From the NCBI GenBank assembly GCA_963796955.1, contig CAWCNJ010000005.1, forward strand, positions 96,001 to 160,000: a stretch of DNA of 64,000 nucleotides, written 5' to 3'. Position 1 is the first letter of the stretch; each line of letters starts with the position of its first letter. Made by a program: the position numbers and the translations under genes. The notes under the pieces are model-generated. The model was not told the origin of the DNA. It searched no databases and saw only the letters and a program-made list of their open reading frames with translations. The stretch is from Endomicrobiales bacterium. GTDB lineage: Bacteria; Elusimicrobiota; Endomicrobiia; Endomicrobiales; JALOBY01. This document shows, piece by piece, positions 1 to 8,624 of the stretch.

Positions 1-1
1 C

Positions 2-3000
2 GCGGTCAAACGGCGTCGGCAAAGACATATCTGAATCGATGAGGAAATTCAGCGCTTTTAGCTTTGCCTTCCTTTCATTGATACGGCTTTCATACTTAAG
101 CAAATCATTGGCGACGAGCATATAATCGTATTGCTCTTTATTAAACACCGGCTCCGATGCAAGCAAACCATTGCGCTTTAGTAGAGACAGGCATCTGACA
201 ATGGGCACTAATGTTTCATCTGTGTAACCACTGATCTCTAGCAGGCGGCGCGCCTTTGCCTCGAGCTGCAACGAACGTATCGCTTCGTGTCTTACACATC
301 CCCGTTGAAGTAACTCTGCAAGCATCCCGTACCCATGGGCATATCTTGTTTCGATCAGGGATTGCGCCACCTCATCCGGCACATAAAACTCTTGCACTAT
401 TCCCGCTGTCTTAAGGGCGTCTATCAGAGCCAGATAGTCGTCCTTGTAATAGTTCGTATGCTCTTTCGCCAGGTTTGCGATATGTTGCTGCGCGGCTTCA
501 GCTATATGATAATCAGCAGGCAAATAGCCCATTCTTTTGAGAATCCCGAGAGAGGCGACAGCATCCCGCCGTTGTTGAGTAAGGTCTGTGTTCTCGGCAA
601 CCTTGTCTTCCAACTCTTTGATGAGTGGTATTAACTGCGAAAACACATAGCCGCTGTCGTCAAGCACTTGCAGGGGCTGCGGGATAGGCGAGCGGGGTGT
701 CGTCAGGTATTTGATGATGACGGCTTCAACCGCGGCAAGGGCAGGTTTTTCGGCAGGGATCCCATTTAAAACAGCGCTCGCTAGCGCGCTGGCGATGGTG
801 GGAATAGCAGTTTCCAGGATAGGCACATCAAGCTTTGCAATGTTTTGAAGTGATTCAAACTCCACCTTGGTTAATGTTTTGTCAACCGGGATATTCGCCT
901 GATATTTTGTATTGAATTCCTCCCATGACAATTGGGCCAGGATTTTTTGACAGTTATGCCACCACTCAAAACGCTCGTTCTCTGAAATGTCGCCTCTCGC
1001 CTTGTGGTTTTTGCCTATAAAGCAGTCGAGCGCCTTGTACTGCGGCGACCCTTTTTCGTTAAGCGCCAGATATTCCCCACCTTCGTGGCCGAAGCGGGCC
1101 AACATCACGCGCGTATCGCTGCCGCAGGAGGCGCAGTTCAGCGTTAAGACGCCATTATCCATTTCAGAGGTATCCAGCGCAGCAAGGCCCAGACCGTCGG
1201 GACTGACGATAACGGGATAGTCGTATTCCCTGAAGACAACTTTGGTTATCAAAGGCTTATTCGCCGCCTTGCGCAATGCGTTCACTTCAACAAGCAGGGA
1301 TCGGTCCATCTGCTCAGCGGTGTAACTTTTTTCAAATTTAATATGCGCAGGCTCCAGGATCGTTGGTGTCATCACCCTCTCGGCTATATTCACTGCGCTT
1401 TCCATCGTTTGGAACAGCCTCGCATCCTTTAGCGCATCGATCGCCCCTTCAATCACCTTGCGACTAATGCCTAGGAAACCGCGCAATCTCGACCGGGCTG
1501 ATTTGTTGCCAGGCTTTTGGTCAATAGATTCAGAACTGGGTTTTTCTGCGACTACGTTACCCGGCACATTTTTCAGTTGAACGGTCTCTTGTTTTCTGAT
1601 ATCGTCAGTACGGACATTGGAGCTGTTTATCGTTAATTTTGTCACATCTAACCGGTTGGCGAGGGTTTGCGCGGCGTTGTGTTTGGCAATGACTGCTTCG
1701 ATTTTCTGCAGTTGGGCTTCAGTTATGTCCTGCGTGCGTATGCGGCCGAGGGTTATATGAACGATCTTTGGTGCGACCATATTTTCCAGTTGCAACGCGC
1801 TGCGGATGCGGTTTATGCCCTGAACTACTTCAGGGCTCTGTTCCGGCGTTATCTCATAGATCACCGTGCCCGTTTCGGTCAGACGTAATTTGCCGGCGGC
1901 TTTGGCAGTAAAACCTGCGACATCCGCGCACGATCTCTGGGCCTGTTGTTGCACCGCTGTTACTTCAGTTTCGGTATAGGGCTTCTTGACAAACGTTTCC
2001 GTGGTACCGCCTAAAACCGATATGTGACAATTTTTTGCTTCGGGCACGAACAACGCATCGGTGCCCGTATCTTTCAGATCGGAAAGCACCGCCGAAAGAC
2101 CCTGCTCAAACGTAGTACCAAATGGCGCACCGATGCCTGCCCACAGCGTATATAGTTCCGGTCCGAACATAGTCTTAATAGCGTCAACCAAGCCTTTGGG
2201 ATCGATGCCGTGCTTCAACAGCCGCTCATCATTTTTAGCGGAAAGGCCGTTGTTCCCGGTTTGGACGGTCATTACATCGTCGTACGAATAGAGGCCGTCT
2301 ATAAATTTTATTGTGCGTTGAGGGGCTTTATCATGAGCGGCAATGAACTGGCGGAGCATTTTTTCAGAGCCGCGGTTCTTTGTCAGATCTTTTCCGGTGT
2401 CGTCAAGAACGGTTATCAGGCCTTTGTGTTTTGCGCTGTCTTTTGCAAAGCCAAGGTAGAACGGGAAATATTCTTTGCTGCTCACATCCCACAGGAACGT
2501 ATCAATGTTCGAGTCGCCAAAACCGAGTACGGCGCCATTGCCTTCCACACCTTTGAGCCATTCATCAACGGTGCCGGCCTTATCCATACGCGAGATCTTA
2601 TAGAACTGCTCGCCTGATCCGGCAAAGAACCCGTTTTCTTTGCTGAACCGCTGCGTGTTCAAAAGACCGCTATGCTCGACCTCCGCGCGAACCTCTTCCA
2701 TGCTGACAGGTGCATTATGCGTGCGAAGCACCAATTCGGAATCGAACAACCAGAACATTGCGTCTGTGCCGGTTTTTTCTGCAACTGCTCGATCGAATAT
2801 TTTTATTATGTCAGCAAAACGCCTGGTTTCATTCAGCTCTTTTATATACGTATCGAACATGTGTTCATCTTTCATATGGCGGCCGAACACCTTCATGAAA
2901 CCGATCGCCATGGCCCTGGCAATATCCGCCTGATCCGTTCCCGCTATGAGATTTTTATGCTCTTTTTTATAGTATATCTTCCCCGCGGCATCGAATGTTG

Positions 3001-6000
3001 CCGTCTCCATGCCGGTACCGGCTTTTATTTCAAGCTTTTGAAGTGCATCTATCCGCCCGCGTGCCCTCAGCAGCTTTTCGATATCGGGAAGTATCCTGGT
3101 ACTTAATGAATCAGTGAAATCCATGGCAACCACGGCGTCTTTTACATCTCCGTTGTATGTCTGAACCTCAAGGCGCGGCTGAAATGGGCTGCCCGTTATC
3201 AAAAGCACCGGTATTCCCTTCTCAAGAGCAGCGCAGATCATTTCAGCGTTCGCTACGGAAAGAGGAGATTCGCCATCAGGCGTCAATGTGCTGTCAACAT
3301 CAGAAACAATAGCCCTAACATGAACCGTCTTATCCGGATCAAGGCCCTCCGGTATCTGCTGCAGATATCTTTCCCTATCGGCGGTCTTGGCAGCAGTTGT
3401 CAATAGTTGAGGTCTGGCCCCGCTCCCGTCTATTTCCAAAAGGTTTCTGCTTGCACTTGTTTTTTCTCGTACTAGACAGGTTTTTGCAGATTTTATTTGT
3501 GCGATTCTTTCTTGAACTCTCCAATAAAAATTACTGTAGTCAATAGTGGAAAGTTGCGTGGTGACTTCCATCTGGCTTATCGGCAAATTAGTATCACTAT
3601 TATTAAAATCTTTCACAAACAATATTCTTGAGGCAACCCTAATTCCGTCAACTAAAAGAATATAAGGGATATATTTAATAGTACTATCATCTAGTTTAAA
3701 ATGAGTTTTTTCACCCGCTATCTGGTAATTTGCGACAAAGTCAATTAATGTATCGTAGTTATCCTTTGTATCAAGAGGTACTATGCCTTTAATGAAATCA
3801 ACAGCTGGCGAATCAAAAGCGGCTACTTCCCAATCAATAATTAGAATAGGTGTGTCGCCTTCGTACATTAAGTGACTATTACCTAAATCGCAATGCACCC
3901 ATTGTTTATATAAATTCTCATAGGTTTCCTTAGGGAAAATCACCTCTATCTTCTTAAGTACATCTATAAAAGGCGAAATAGCAGCGAGTGTCCTTTTATG
4001 AGCGTCACTTCTTTGATTTTCACTTATTTTCTCAAGATCTTCTTTTAATTTTTCAAATGCCTTAATCTGTTGTGTGAAATCGCGATAAGCATTATATCGA
4101 CGCGTTATTTTGCCGTTAAATTTAAATGACGAAAGGGCAAAGTGCATCTGATTCATCATAACTGCTGTCGGTTTCAATTTTCTTCCCACCGAATCGCCGT
4201 GAGCAGCGAAGTCACCTTCGAAATAATCATAAATCATAAATGATTTTATACCAATTTTTGTAACAGCCTTGCCTTTCCTGTTTACATAAAGTTTAGGTAC
4301 TCTCCAAGAAAAACCATTCTCTTCGCATATTTTGTTAATATGTGTGCTTAATAACATCTCCAAATTTGCCAGTTCTTCGGTATCACCTGCATACTTAAGA
4401 TTATGCTTTAGAAAATATTTGCCTGTAGATGTGGTTAGACAATATGTTTTGTTTGAATATCCTCTTATGAAAGAATAACTTACAAAACTTCCTAGATTAT
4501 ATTGTTCAACCGCATTTTTAATATCTTCCCCTTCCTGATTTTTTATAGATGGGACTTCGGTGCCAGACTTGGATGAATTTGCATATTCACCGGGTTCTTC
4601 AGCCGCAGTAACGCCAGTGTCAGACTTGACTAAATTGACTAACTCGGGGAGCTGGCAAATAGCATAGATCAGCGGGTTGTGGGCGGCGAGTTCAGCAAGC
4701 CTTTCTTGTTGCTCGGCGTGGCCTGTTATTATTTGCTGGAAGGTATCGGCCAGCTGGTTCAAGTCTTCGGGGGTTAGGTTCTCGTACTTGTTAATGGCTT
4801 CCTGAACCACGGGGTTGGAGGCTATTTTCCAGATAATACCGTTGCCGGTAAGAAAGGCGGTTTTGCCGGCCTGGGTGGCGAAGGCTTTCATCAGGCGGTA
4901 CATGGGCTCTACAATGGTCAGGGGGTTGGCCAGGTCCCTGCACAGTTCGGCGAGGGCTTGGGCGGCGTTTACCGCTTCTTCGAAAGCCTCTTTGCTGAGA
5001 GCTCCGGCGTTATCGGTACCGGCGGTGAGTTTGAATTTGTTTTGGGCATTACGGTTAAGGGTTATTTCTTTGCCGTTGAGCTCAACAACTATTTTGTCTT
5101 TTGTTGCCGAGATTACTTTTGCATCCGTCGAGCCCAGGGTCAACGCAAGGGATTGCGCGGCAAAGAGTTTGGCCTGCTGTTTGGCAAGCTCGGCGTAAAT
5201 GGTGCCGGCAACTGCATTATCTTTTGTTATGTTAGGGGTGACCGTAAGATAAGAAACATTACGTTCGCGAAGGATTTTTCGTAAACCTTCACTGTGAAAG
5301 CCGCCGGTGACTACTACAACGATTTCAGAGTTTTTAAGTGACTCTAAAATCGAGACCGGGGTCCGGAGACCGGAGTCCGGAGTGACGCCTAACTCCTGAG
5401 CTCCACGGCATGGCGTTGTCTTCGCTCCGGGCGCCGGACTCCGGGCTCCGAGCTCTGTTATGTTGCGCAGAAAGCAATAATTCCTATCAGAATTGGCTTT
5501 GTAATAGTCGTTCAGTAGTGCAAATTCGGGGGCGAGTTCTGCCATTTTATTGCCGTATACGTATTTCCCCCATATTTTTTGGAACGCATCAAAGTTCTGA
5601 GAGAAATAGGCATAATCATCGGCCGAGAGGCTGGCAAAAAGATAGTCTTGAAAGATAGTGAAGAAATCGGCGGCAAAAGACACTTCAATTTCGGCTTTGT
5701 CGCGGGAAAGCGCCAGGCGAATGTCGGCAACCATGCGCTTCTCTTCTTCTATCAGCTGTAGCGGGTTAATGTTCTGGTTATTTTCCACATAGTCAAAAAA
5801 TGCATAGAGGTCCTTAAGGTTACCGCGATAGCCAGCCAGCGCCGGGCCTTTGGCAAGGGCGGCTAGATAAAAATAGAGTTCTTCTTGTTTTGAAAAATTG
5901 CTTGTCTTTTCAGCTAATTCGTTGTAAACACTAAAGGATACATTTGCTTTCATCAGACGCATGAACTGGGCCAGCTGTTGCGGCACTTTTTTGTAGCGTA

Positions 6001-6817
6001 TCTCTTTGCCAAGCCGCAAGTGCTCCATATATGCCGCGATATGCGGGTAGTCCGCCATAGTCACATCAAGGATGTTGTTATACTTTTTTGGGTGTTTGTG
6101 AATAGTTTCTATATAACCGGCGAGTTTTATGTAATATTTATCAGCGCCGAGCTCCCCCTTTCTGTGCTGGGCCAGCATATGGTTGAAATCTCTGTTCTTT
6201 GATGAAAGATACTTTGCTTTTATGAAAGCAAGGTCTTTATTGAGCTCTTTTATTTTAGACTGATATTTCAACTTGTTTTCTACTATCTTGCCGAGCCGGA
6301 CAAGATTTTGCTGGTGCAGTTTTTTGTCTTCTATACCCTTCAGCAGACCCGGCCTGCCAGCGGTTGCCGAATAGTACTCGGTACCGGTAAGCCTGCCCTG
6401 TTCAAGTAAGCCATCCGCTATTTCTTTTTTTACGCTTTCATCTTGCACATTGCAAAGCCAGCAGGTACTAACATTGCCGTAACCGCCCTCCACATACACT
6501 TTCTTAAGGCCGTATTTAGAATCCAGCGCACCGATTATGCTGGAAATATTACGCTGCACTTCGGGGTTACAGTGCAGGTCCTGAATGTTTATAACTAACG
6601 GCGAGTCCGGAGTCCGAAGTCCGGAGACCGGAGAACACGACGCGACAAACGAATCGGTTATTCTGCCGCAGCTTGCAGGAATGATTGAATTTTCAATTGC
6701 TTTTTTGAATTGGTCTGTATTGTTTTTTGGGTCAACAGCGGCGTAGAGCGGATCCCCTATGACAAAGGAGCCAAGAAAGCAGGCAAGAGTGATGGTTGAA
6801 ACAATTTTTTTGATCAT
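2..6817 (-). CDS. Giant multidomain secreted/surface protein, 3'-partial (>=2272 aa): signal peptide, TraB/GumN/ChaN-like N-domain, APH/choline-kinase-like domain, HAD-family domain
   Basis: ATG at 6817 (MIKKIVSTITLACFLGSFVIGDPLYA). The frame is open in all segments I translated down to base 2, and the track lists no terminated minus-strand ORF here, consistent with run-off. Motifs: IQDLH 6572-6586, VYVEGG ~6490, VVVTGGFH ~5294-5317, HCDLGNSH..IIDWE ~3828-3900, SDVDSTLT ~3287-3304, GFGDSNID ~2500-2525. Confidence 0.9.
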   Translation of the reverse strand, partial: MIKKIVSTITLACFLGSFVIGDPLYAAVDPKNNTDQFKKAIENSIIPASCGRITDSFVASCSPVSGLRTPDSPLVINIQDLHCNPEVQRNISSIIGALDSKYGLKKVYVEGGYGNVSTCWLCNVQDESVKKEIADGLLEQGRLTGTEYYSATAGRPGLLKGIEDKKLHQQNLVRLGKIVENKLKYQSKIKELNKDLAFIKAKYLSSKNRDFNHMLAQHRKGELGADKYYIKLAGYIETIHKHPKKYNNILDVTMADYPHIAAYMEHLRLGKEIRYKKVPQQLAQFMRLMKANVSFSVYNELAEKTSNFSKQEELYFYLAALAKGPALAGYRGNLKDLYAFFDYVENNQNINPLQLIEEEKRMVADIRLALSRDKAEIEVSFAADFFTIFQDYLFASLSADDYAYFSQNFDAFQKIWGKYVYGNKMAELAPEFALLNDYYKANSDRNYCFLRNITELGARSPAPGAKTTPCRGAQELGVTPDSGLRTPVSILESLKNSEIVVVVTGGFHSEGLRKILRERNVSYLTVTPNITKDNAVAGTIYAELAKQQAKLFAAQSLALTLGSTDAKVISATKDKIVVELNGKEITLNRNAQNKFKLTAGTDNAGALSKEAFEEAVNAAQALAELCRDLANPLTIVEPMYRLMKAFATQAGKTAFLTGNGIIWKIASNPVVQEAINKYENLTPEDLNQLADTFQQIITGHAEQQERLAELAAHNPLIYAICQLPELVNLVKSDTGVTAAEEPGEYANSSKSGTEVPSIKNQEGEDIKNAVEQYNLGSFVSYSFIRGYSNKTYCLTTSTGKYFLKHNLKYAGDTEELANLEMLLSTHINKICEENGFSWRVPKLYVNRKGKAVTKIGIKSFMIYDYFEGDFAAHGDSVGRKLKPTAVMMNQMHFALSSFKFNGKITRRYNAYRDFTQQIKAFEKLKEDLEKISENQRSDAHKRTLAAISPFIDVLKKIEVIFPKETYENLYKQWVHCDLGNSHLMYEGDTPILIIDWEVAAFDSPAVDFIKGIVPLDTKDNYDTLIDFVANYQIAGEKTHFKLDDSTIKYIPYILLVDGIRVASRILFVKDFNNSDTNLPISQMEVTTQLSTIDYSNFYWRVQERIAQIKSAKTCLVREKTSASRNLLEIDGSGARPQLLTTAAKTADRERYLQQIPEGLDPDKTVHVRAIVSDVDSTLTPDGESPLSVANAEMICAALEKGIPVLLITGSPFQPRLEVQTYNGDVKDAVVAMDFTDSLSTRILPDIEKLLRARGRIDALQKLEIKAGTGMETATFDAAGKIYYKKEHKNLIAGTDQADIARAMAIGFMKVFGRHMKDEHMFDTYIKELNETRRFADIIKIFDRAVAEKTGTDAMFWLFDSELVLRTHNAPVSMEEVRAEVEHSGLLNTQRFSKENGFFAGSGEQFYKISRMDKAGTVDEWLKGVEGNGAVLGFGDSNIDTFLWDVSSKEYFPFYLGFAKDSAKHKGLITVLDDTGKDLTKNRGSEKMLRQFIAAHDKAPQRTIKFIDGLYSYDDVMTVQTGNNGLSAKNDERLLKHGIDPKGLVDAIKTMFGPELYTLWAGIGAPFGTTFEQGLSAVLSDLKDTGTDALFVPEAKNCHISVLGGTTETFVKKPYTETEVTAVQQQAQRSCADVAGFTAKAAGKLRLTETGTVIYEITPEQSPEVVQGINRIRSALQLENMVAPKIVHITLGRIRTQDITEAQLQKIEAVIAKHNAAQTLANRLDVTKLTINSSNVRTDDIRKQETVQLKNVPGNVVAEKPSSESIDQKPGNKSARSRLRGFLGISRKVIEGAIDALKDARLFQTMESAVNIAERVMTPTILEPAHIKFEKSYTAEQMDRSLLVEVNALRKAANKPLITKVVFREYDYPVIVSPDGLGLAALDTSEMDNGVLTLNCASCGSDTRVMLARFGHEGGEYLALNEKGSPQYKALDCFIGKNHKARGDISENERFEWWHNCQKILAQLSWEEFNTKYQANIPVDKTLTKVEFESLQNIAKLDVPILETAIPTIASALASAVLNGIPAEKPALAAVEAVIIKYLTTPRSPIPQPLQVLDDSGYVFSQLIPLIKELEDKVAENTDLTQQRRDAVASLGILKRMGYLPADYHIAEAAQQHIANLAKEHTNYYKDDYLALIDALKTAGIVQEFYVPDEVAQSLIETRYAHGYGMLAELLQRGCVRHEAIRSLQLEAKARRLLEISGYTDETLVPIVRCLSLLKRNGLLASEPVFNKEQYDYMLVANDLLKYESRINERKAKLKALNFLIDSDMSLPTPFDR
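5351..5455. repeat. Palindromic element made of heptamer repeats, in frame inside the giant gene
   Basis: Left arm gaccggg-gtccgga-gaccgga-gtccgga and right arm gctccgg-gcgccgg-actccgg-gctccga in inverted orientation. Confidence 0.8.
6603..6634. repeat. Second heptamer tandem array (single arm) in the giant gene
   Basis: gagtccg gagtccg aagtccg gagaccg; same unit as at 5351-5383. Confidence 0.75.
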
Positions 6818-6844
6818 AATTACCAATAAAAAAACCCAATCACC

Positions 6845-7345
6845 TTACTGCGTAATTGGGCGTATGCTTCCACAGCTAAAAGCTATCACAGCAGGCAGAT
6901 TGCTCCTGTTAAGGGAAATAATGTATAGCAGTACAAATAATAATACCCACCCGCCTGGCGGACTCCCGGGCGGCGCCTGAGAACTGCCGACATCAGCCCC
7001 CGCGGCAGACAACCGCGCCTGAAAACGGCCATTCTGGTAATTAACTAACTTGCTTGAATTTTGAATATGTTTTTGAAGGTTTAAGAAAGGTGAAACTACT
7101 ACAGGCTGGCCAAGATCCTGGTTGTTGCCAGTCTTTTCCAGGGGCTTATATTCAGGGTACAGCGGAACGGCCCAGGTAACCAAAGCCTTAACAGAATTTA
7201 CCACCCGGTCTGCCTGCGCAAGCACTCCGCAAGCCGGTACATCGTTCGTTGATAATGCTGCAACTGTGGCAGGGCAGATAACAGTCATTAACGAACTGTT
7301 AAAAAGAAAGCAAAAAAGAATAAAAATACCCACTTGTCGCTTCAA
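6845..7345 (-). CDS. Hypothetical membrane/secreted protein immediately upstream of the giant gene
   Basis: 166-aa ORF with TTG start, hydrophobic N-terminus, QAPPGSPPGG, then a C-terminal hydrophobic segment; ends 27 nt before the giant-gene ATG. Confidence 0.6.
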   Translation of the reverse strand: MKRQVGIFILFCFLFNSSLMTVICPATVAALSTNDVPACGVLAQADRVVNSVKALVTWAVPLYPEYKPLEKTGNNQDLGQPVVVSPFLNLQKHIQNSSKLVNYQNGRFQARLSAAGADVGSSQAPPGSPPGGWVLLFVLLYIISLNRSNLPAVIAFSCGSIRPITQ

Positions 7346-7474
7346 GCTGTTTCCCCTTGGGTTGTCTGATACCTAAAGGATAACCATTGTATCTATATAC
7401 TGCAATAGATATTTATAGTATTACGGCTCGGATGTGAAAACCATGTGCACTAAAGGGAAACAAATTGTGTATTT

Positions 7475-8083
7475 TTATCTGTCGGCCCCGGCGTCGCGGC
7501 GAAGGCGGATATCGATGATAGTGTCGACCAGAGCGATCGCCGCGGCATTCAAAGACTCCTCGGCAGTAGGTGAGGCCTTGGTGGGATCGTTCTCGGGAGA
7601 TTTGTAATTAGCCGTAAAAAACACGCTTCCGTTATGCGCGTCAAAAAGCGTGGCTTTAACAAGCACCTCAACGGAATCGGTTATCAGCCCGTCTCCTGAA
7701 TCGTAATAGTCTTTCGGATGCAGCTCAAGCTCAATGCGCAGAAGCGCATCGTCTTCAGCAATAAGCGCCATATTCAGCAGTTCGCTATCGGTAAGATGGT
7801 ATTCCTCGTCCACCTGCAACAGCGTAGCGTCAGTGAATACATAGCGTTTTTTCAATTTCCCCGCGAAAGTATGCATAAAGATATTTTCCGGAGTGTCTGA
7901 TAGTTTTAATTTTAGGTTAGACATCGCTGGCCTGTAATCTACCGGCGCAAGCGCAACCCGCCTGACGTAATAAGACATACACTGATCCTGAACCTTTACA
8001 CGCATGCCCGGCGACACGCACCCGCAAAAGCACATAGCGAACAGCATACAAAGGATCAATGTTAGTCGTAAATTGCTCAACAA
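7475..8083 (-). CDS. Hypothetical lipoprotein
   Basis: 202-aa ORF with signal peptide and FCGC lipobox-like motif. Confidence 0.7.
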   Translation of the reverse strand: MLSNLRLTLILCMLFAMCFCGCVSPGMRVKVQDQCMSYYVRRVALAPVDYRPAMSNLKLKLSDTPENIFMHTFAGKLKKRYVFTDATLLQVDEEYHLTDSELLNMALIAEDDALLRIELELHPKDYYDSGDGLITDSVEVLVKATLFDAHNGSVFFTANYKSPENDPTKASPTAEESLNAAAIALVDTIIDIRLRRDAGADR

Positions 8084-8253
8084 ATTCCCCTTTCCAAAAG
8101 CGGCATCAACAAGTGATGCTATTTAATGTATTAAAATGATAACTCTTTGAGCGTGCCATGTCAAAACAAACAAGCCAGGTGAAAAATACGTGAAACCCCA
8201 GACAAACCCAATAAAATATAGTATAATACGTAGCATAAAATGCAACGAACACC

Positions 8254-8344
8254 GCCCTTGAAAGGCCCGCAGTGCGAGGAATAACGAGCACGAGACTTGC
8301 GGGGGGCGCGAGCGGTGAGCGCCCTGGAAAGCCGCAGAGAGGGC
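8254..8344 (+). ncRNA. Candidate structured RNA (unassigned), possible pseudoknot
   Basis: GC-rich island in an AT-rich intergenic region downstream of TATAAT (8222-8227), with several nested complementary stems; strand assumed from the promoter. Confidence 0.4.
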
Positions 8345-8392
8345 ATAGCCAGACACACCACGAATTTTAGAAGCACACAAATATTGCAAGCT

Positions 8393-8466
8393 GCCGCTAT
8401 CGTCTAGTGGTCTAGGACATCGCCCTCTCAAGGCGGAGATCATGGGTTCGACCCCCATTAGCGGCG
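8393..8466 (+). tRNA. tRNA-Glu (anticodon CTC), CCA not encoded
   Basis: Acceptor GCCGCTA/TAGCGGC, D-loop AGTGG, anticodon arm TCGCC-CT CTC AA-GGCGG, T arm ATGGG-TTCGACC-CCCAT. Confidence 0.95.
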
Positions 8467-8591
8467 ACCGAGTTGCCCTGAGCCGTCGCTGTCGTTTAGC
8501 GACGAGCGAAACGAGGGAGTCCCAGGATGGGGCGACCGAGTTGCCCTGAGCCGTCGCTGTCGTTTAGCGACGAGCGAAACGAGGGAGTCCC
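8463..8591. repeat. 61-bp exact direct repeat (two copies, period 68) starting at the tRNA 3' end
   Basis: ggcgaccgagttgccctgagccgtcgctgtcgtttagcgacgagcgaaacgagggagtccc at 8463-8523 and 8531-8591. Confidence 0.9.
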
Positions 8592-8624
8592 CGAAGGGGA
8601 CGACACATTGCCGTTAAGGAATAT

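Noticed and set aside
335..6980. Many short plus-strand ORFs in the track
   Set aside because: Antisense shadows of the giant minus-strand gene with no recognisable motifs
8463..8591. CRISPR array or prophage att site
   Set aside because: Only two 61-bp copies with a 7-nt gap, no cas or integrase gene, and only 4 nt of tRNA duplicated
8254..8624. T-box riboswitch for serS
   Set aside because: No T-box consensus (AAnnnGGGTGGnACC) or terminator/antiterminator, and a tRNA gene intervenes
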